64,000 nt of DNA from the human T2T-CHM13v2.0 reference genome, Homo sapiens, in NCBI RefSeq assembly GCF_009914755.1, contig NC_060933.1, one strand, 5' to 3'. The notes under the pieces are model-generated. The model was not told the origin of the DNA and did no database searches. It worked only from the letters and a program-made list of their open reading frames with translations. Each line of letters begins with the position of its first letter. Within the stretch, counting starts at the first letter, position 1. This document shows, in pieces, positions 58,208 to 64,000 of the stretch. The position numbers were made by a program, and so were the translations under genes.

Positions 58208-61200
58208 TTCCATTCCGGAAGATTCCATTCCATTGCATTCCATTCCATTTTATTCCCCTGCACTCGCGTTGATTCCTTTCCATTCCATTCCATTCCATTC
58301 CATTCCATTCCGTTCCGTTCCGTTCCATTTCATTCCATTCCATTCCATTCCATTCCGTTCCGTTCCATTCCATTCCATTCCATTCTATTCGGGTTAATTC
58401 CATTCCATTCCATTCGATTGCAATCGAGTTGATTCCATTCCATTCCATTCCATTCCATTCCATTCCATTCCATTCCAATCGAGTTGATTGCATTCCATTC
58501 CATTCCATTCCATTCCACTCCATTCCAGTCCTTTCCATTCCATTCCACTCGGGTTGATTCCATTCTATTCCTTTCCATTCCATTCCATTCCATTGCAATC
58601 GAGTTGATTCCATTGCTTTGCATTCCATTCCATTCCATTCCATTCCGGATGATTCCATTCCATTGCATTCCATTCCATTCCATTCCCCTGCACTCGGGTT
58701 GATTCCATTCCATTCCACTCCATTCCGTTCCATTCCATTCCATTCCATTGTATTCGGGTTAATTCCATTCCATGCCATTCCATTCCATTCTATTCCATTC
58801 CATTCCATTCTATTACAATCGAGTTGATTCCATTCCATTCCATTCCATTCCATTCCAGTCCTTTCCATTCCATTCCACTCAGGTTGATTCCATTCTATTA
58901 GTTTCCATTCCATTCCATTCCCTTCCATTCCACTCTGGTTGATTCCATTCCTTTCCATTCCACTCGAATACATTCCCTCCTATTCCACTCGGAACGATTC
59001 CATTCCATTCCATTCCATTCCATTCCATTCCATTCCATTTCGTTCCATTCCATTCTATTCCGTACCATTCCATTCCATTCCATTCCTTTCCATTCTATTC
59101 CATTCCATTCCACTCTTGTTGATTCCATTCCTTTCCTTTCCATTCGGTTTGAAGGCATTCCATTCCATTCAATCCCATTCCATTCCATTCCATTCCATTC
59201 CATTCCATTCCCCTGTACTCGGGTTGATTCCATTCCATTCCATTCCAATCCATGCCATTCCACTCGTATTGATTCCATTCTTTCCATTCCATTCAAGTTG
59301 AATCCATTCCATTGCATTCCATTCCATTCGATTCCATTCGATTGCACTCGGGTTGATTCCATTCCATTGAATTCCATTCCATTCCATTCCATTCCATTCC
59401 ATTCCATTCCGTTCCATTCCATTCCATTACATTCGGATTGATTCTATTCAATTCCCTTACACTCCATTACATTCCATTCCATTCGGGTAGTTTCCATTCC
59501 ATTCCATTCCATTCCTATCCATTCCATTGCACACGGGTTGATTCCACTCCATTGCATTCCATTCCATACCATTCAATTCCATTCCGTTCCATTCCATTCC
59601 ATTACATTCGGATTGATTCTATTCAACTCCCTTACTCTCCATTACATTCGATTCCATTCGGGTTGTTCCATTCCATTCCATTCCATTCCACTCCATTCCA
59701 TTGCACTCGGGTTGATTCCATTCCATTCCATTCCATTCCGGAAGATTCCATTCCATTGCATTCCATTAAATTCCATTCCCCTGCACTCGCGTTGATTCCA
59801 TTCCATTCTATTCCATTCCATTGCATTCCAATGCATTCCATTGCATTCCATTCCCCTGCACTCAGGTTGATTCCATTCCATTCCATTCCATTCAATTCCA
59901 TTCTATTCGCGTTAATTCCATTCCACTCCATTCCATTACATTCCATTGCAATCGACTTGATTCCATTCCATTCCATTCCATTCCATTCCATTCCATTCAA
60001 GTCCTTTCCATTCCATTCCACTCGTGTTGATTCCATTTTATTAGTTTCCATTCCATTCCATTCCCTTCCATTCCACTCTGGTTGATTCCATTCCTTTCCA
60101 TTCCACTCGAATTAATTCCCTTCTATTCCACTCGGAATGACTCCATTCCATTCCGTTCCATTCCATTCCATTCCATTCCATTTCGTTCCATTCCATTTTA
60201 TTCCGTACCATTCCATTCCATTCCATTCCATTCCATTCCATTCCATTGCAATCTAGTTGATTCCATTGCATTCCATTCCATTCCATTCCATTGCATTCCA
60301 TTCCCCTGCACTCAGGTTGATTCCATTCCATTCCATTCCATTCCATTCTATTCGCGTTAATTGCATTCCATTCCATTCCATTACATTCCATTGCAATCGA
60401 GTTGATTCCATTCCATTCCGTTCCATTCCATTCCATTCCATTCCATTTCGTTCCATTCCATTCTATTCCGTACCATTCCATTCCATTCCATTCCATTCCA
60501 TTCCATTCCATTCCATGCCATTCCACTCGGGTTGATTCCATTGCTTTCCATTCCATTTGGGTTGAATCCATTCCATTCCATTCCATTCCATTCCATTCCA
60601 TTCCATTCCATTCCATTCCAATCCATGTCATTCCACTCGTGTTGATTCCATTCTTTCCATTCCATTCAAGTTGAATCCATTCCATTGCATTCCATTCCAT
60701 TCCATTCCCCTTCAGTCGGGTTGATTCCATTCCATTCCATTCCATTCCATTCCATTCCATTCCAATCGAGTTGATTCCATTCCATTCCATTCCATTCCAT
60801 TCCATTCCATTCCACTCCATTCCAGTCCTTTCCATTCCATTCCACTCGGGTTGATTCCAATGTATTCCTTTCCATTCCATTCCATTCCATTGCAATTGAG
60901 TTGATTCCATTGCTTTGCAATCCATTAAATTCCATTCCATTCCGGATGATTCCATTCCATTGCATTCCATTCCATTCCATTCCCCTGCACTCGGGTTGAT
61001 TCCATTCCATTCCACTCCATTCCATTCCTTTCCATTCCATTCCGTTGTATTCGGGTTAATTCCATTCCATTCCATTCCATTCCATTCCATTCCAATCCAT
61101 TACAATCGTGTTGATTCCATTCCATTCCATTCCATTCCATTCCAGTCCTTTCCATTCCATTCCACTCGCGTTGATTCCATTCTATTAGTTTCCATTCCAT

Positions 61201-64000
61201 TCCATTCCCTTCCATTCCACTCTGGTTGATTCCATTCCTTTCCATTCCCTCGAATACATTCCCTCCTATTCCACTCGTAACGATTCTATTCCATTCCATT
61301 CCATTCCATTCCATTCCATTCCATTTCGTTCCATTCCATTCTATTCCGTACCATTCCATTCCATTCCATTCCTTTCCATTCCATTCCATTCCACTCGTGT
61401 TGATTCCATTCCTTTCCATTCCATTCGGTTTGAAAGCATTCCATTCCATTTAATTCCACTCCATTCCATTCCTTTCCATTCCATTCCATTCCATTCCATT
61501 CCATTCCATTGAACTCGGGTTGATTCCATTCCATTGCATTCCATTCCATTCCATTCCATTCCATTCCATTCCATTCCATTATATTCCATTCCATTCCGTT
61601 GCATTCCATTCCATTACATTCGGATTGATTCTATTCAACTCCCTTACTCTCCATTACATTCCATTCCATTCGGGTTGTTCCATTCCATTCCATTCCATTC
61701 CACTCCATTCCATTGCACTCGGGTTGATTCCATTCCATTCCATTCCATTCCATTCCGGATGATTCCATTCGATTGCATTCCGTTCCATTACATTCCCTTG
61801 CACTCGCGTTGATTCCATTCCATTCCATTCCATTCCATTCAATTCCATTCCATTACAATTCGTTCCATTCCATTCTATTCCGTACCATTCCATTCCATTC
61901 CATACCATTCCATTCCATTCCATTCCATTCCATTCCATTCCATTCCGTTCCATTCCGTTCCATTCCATTCCATTCCATTCTATTCGGGTTAATTCCATTC
62001 CATTCCATTCCATTCCATTCTATTCCATTCCATTGCAATCGAGTTGAATCCATTGCATTTCATTCCATTCCATTCCATTCCATTCCGGAAGATTCCATTC
62101 CATTGCATTCCATTCCATTCCATTCCCCTGCACTCGCGTTGATTCCATTCCATTCCATTCCATTCCATTCCATTCCGTTCCGTTCCGTTCCGTTCCATTC
62201 CATTCCATTCCATTCCATTCCGTTCCGTTCCATTCCATTCCATTCCATTCTATTTGGGTTAATTCCATTCCATTCCATTCGATTGCAATCGAGTTGATTC
62301 CATTCCATTCCATTCCATTCCATTCCATTCCATTCCATTCCATTCCTATCCATTCCATTATGGATGATTCCATTCCATTGCATTCCATTCCATTCCATTC
62401 CCCTGTACTCGTGTTGATTCCATTCCATTCCATTCCATTCCATTCCATTCCCCTGTACTCGGGTTGATTCCATTCCATTCCATTCCAATCCATGCCATTC
62501 CACTCGTGTTGATTCCATTCTTTCCATTCCATTCAAGTTGAATCCATTCCATTGCATTGCATTCCATTCGATTCCATTCGATTGCACTGGGGTTGATTCC
62601 ATTCCATTCCATTCCATTCCATTCCATTCCATTCTGTTCCATTCCATTCCATTACATTCGTATTGATTCTATTCAATTCCCTTACACTCCATTACATTCC
62701 ATTCCATTCGGGTAGTTTCCATTCGATTCCATTCCATTCCTCTCCATTCCATTGCACTCGGGTTGATTCCATTCCATTGCATTCCATTCCATTCCATTCA
62801 ATTCCATTCCGTTCCATTCCATTCGGAATGATTCTATTCAACTCCCTTACTCTCCATTACATTCCATTCCATTCGGGTTGTTCCATTCCATTCCATTCCA
62901 TTCCACTCCATTCCATTGCACTCGGGTTGACTCCATTCCATTCCATTCCATTCCATTCCGGAAGATTCCATTCCATTGCATTCCATTACATTCCATTCCC
63001 CTGCACTCGCGTTGATTCCATTCCATTCCATTCCATTCCATGCCGTTCCATTCCATTCCTTTCCGATCCATTCCATTCCATTCCATTCCATTCCATTCCG
63101 TTCCGTTCCATTCCATTCCATTCCATTCTATTCGGGTTAATTCCATTCCATTCCATTCGATTGCAATCGAGTTGATTCCATTCCATTCCATTCCATTCCA
63201 TTCCATTCCATTCCATTGCATTCCGGAAGATTCCATTCAATTGCATTCCATTCCATTCCATTCCCCTGCACTCGCGTTGATTCCATTCCATTCCATTCCA
63301 TTCCATTCCATTCCATTCCGTTCCGTTCCGTTCCGTTCCATTCCATTCCATTCCATTCTATTCAGGTTAATTCCATTCCATTCCATTCGATTGCAATCGT
63401 GTTGATTCCATTCCATTCCATTCCATTCCATTCCGTTCCATTCCATTCCATTCCTTTCCATTCCATTACGGATGATTCCATTCCATTGCATTCCATTCCA
63501 TTCCATTCCCATGTACTCGGTTTGATTCCATTCCATTGCATTCCAATCCATGCCCTTCCACTCGTGTTGATTCCATTCTTTCCATTCCATTCAAGTTGAA
63601 TCCATTCCATTGCATTCCATTCCATTCGATTCCATTCGATTGCACTCGGGTTGATTGCATTCCATTGCATTCCATTCCATTCCATTCCATTCCATTCCAT
63701 TCCATTCCGTTCCATTCCATTCTATTACATTCGGATTGATTCTATTCAATTCCCTTACACTCCATTCCATTCCATTCCATTCGGGTAGTTTCCATTCCAT
63801 TCCATTCCATTCCTCTCCATTCCATTGTACTCGGGTTGATTCCATTCCATTGCATTCCATTCCATTCCATTCAATTCCATTCCGTTCCATTCCATTCCAT
63901 TACATTCGGATTGATTCTATTCAACTCCCTTACTCTCTATTACATTCCATTCCATTCGGGCTGTTCCATTCCATTCCATTCCATTCCACTCCATTCCATT

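Larger units (their letters stand above)
47250..59800 (+). repeat. Two diverged tandem copies of an approximately 6.2-kb unit, with internal indels
   Basis: Collinear rare markers: CAATCTATTAG 47431/53630; CCACTCCGAACG 47525/53724; CCGATCCGTTC 48374/54483; CTATG(T/C)GGG 48454/54563; CCATGGCATTGC 48793/54862; GGATGACTCC 50980/56983; GAAGGCTTTCC 51499/57432; CCACTCGTATTG 52122/59260. Boundaries are approximate. Confidence 0.82.
1..64000 (+). repeat. Human Satellite 3 (HSat3 / satellite III) array, (CATTC)n on + strand; pericentromeric or acrocentric-arm heterochromatin
   Basis: Continuous ATTCC pentamers from end to end, interspersed with the satellite III decamer ACTCGGGTTG and variants (AATCGAGTTG, ACTCGCGTTG, ACTCGTGTTG, ATTCGGGTTA). 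Long pure (CATTC)n runs dominate, rather than the dense CATTCGATTC pattern of HSat2. Orientation is the same throughout. Subfamily and chromosome cannot be fixed by eye; the low divergence suggests a B-type subfamily rather than Y-linked DYZ1 (inference). Confidence 0.97.

Noticed and set aside
112-63890. Hundreds of ORFs (FHSIP and MEWNG repeat peptides, up to 388 aa, e.g. 26268-27434, 42664-43818, 44092-45231)
   Set aside because: (CATTC)n has no stop codon in any of six frames and supplies ATG every 5 bp on the - strand. The ORFs overlap in all frames, end at arbitrary variants and have no domain content. They are satellite translation artefacts.
1-64000. CRISPR-like appearance of recurring motifs separated by variable-length stretches
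   Set aside because: The intervening sequence is the same pentamer rather than unique spacers, spacing is irregular, and there are no cas genes or leader.
1-64000. HSat2 assignment (GGATGATTCC and CATTCGATTC are present)
   Set aside because: These motifs are a minority. Pure CATTC runs with ACTCGGGTTG dominate, which is the satellite III pattern.
1-64000. A previously undescribed gene-based biological system, mobile element or RNA gene
   Set aside because: No stretch of non-satellite sequence long enough to encode one was found on either strand.

Overview
The whole 64-kb window is one uninterrupted classical satellite array. It consists of tandem CATTC/ATTCC pentamers on the + strand (GGAAT on the - strand), broken every few tens of bases by the decamer ACTCGGGTTG and its relatives. 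This is the signature of human/hominoid Satellite 3 (HSat3, satellite III). I see no genes, transposons, alpha satellite, CRISPR array or strand inversion. All ORFs in the track (FHSIP / MEWNG repeats) are automatic products of a 5-bp repeat with no stop codon. I cannot support a new protein-coding system. The real structure is non-coding: (1) a small vocabulary of variant modules joined in a branching order; (2) nested duplications from 35 bp to about 6 kb, plus dispersed paralogous blocks 13-49 kb apart; (3) about 37 perfect three-unit heat-shock elements (aTTCc-gGAAn-nTTCc), one base away from the commoner ATTCC-GGATG-ATTCC module; (4) recurrent short palindromes that look like micro-inversions; (5) a spacer of exactly 175 bp in 16 of 19 cases; (6) 5-bp register shifts concentrated at two module types. 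All counts, offsets and boundaries were read by eye and may be slightly off.
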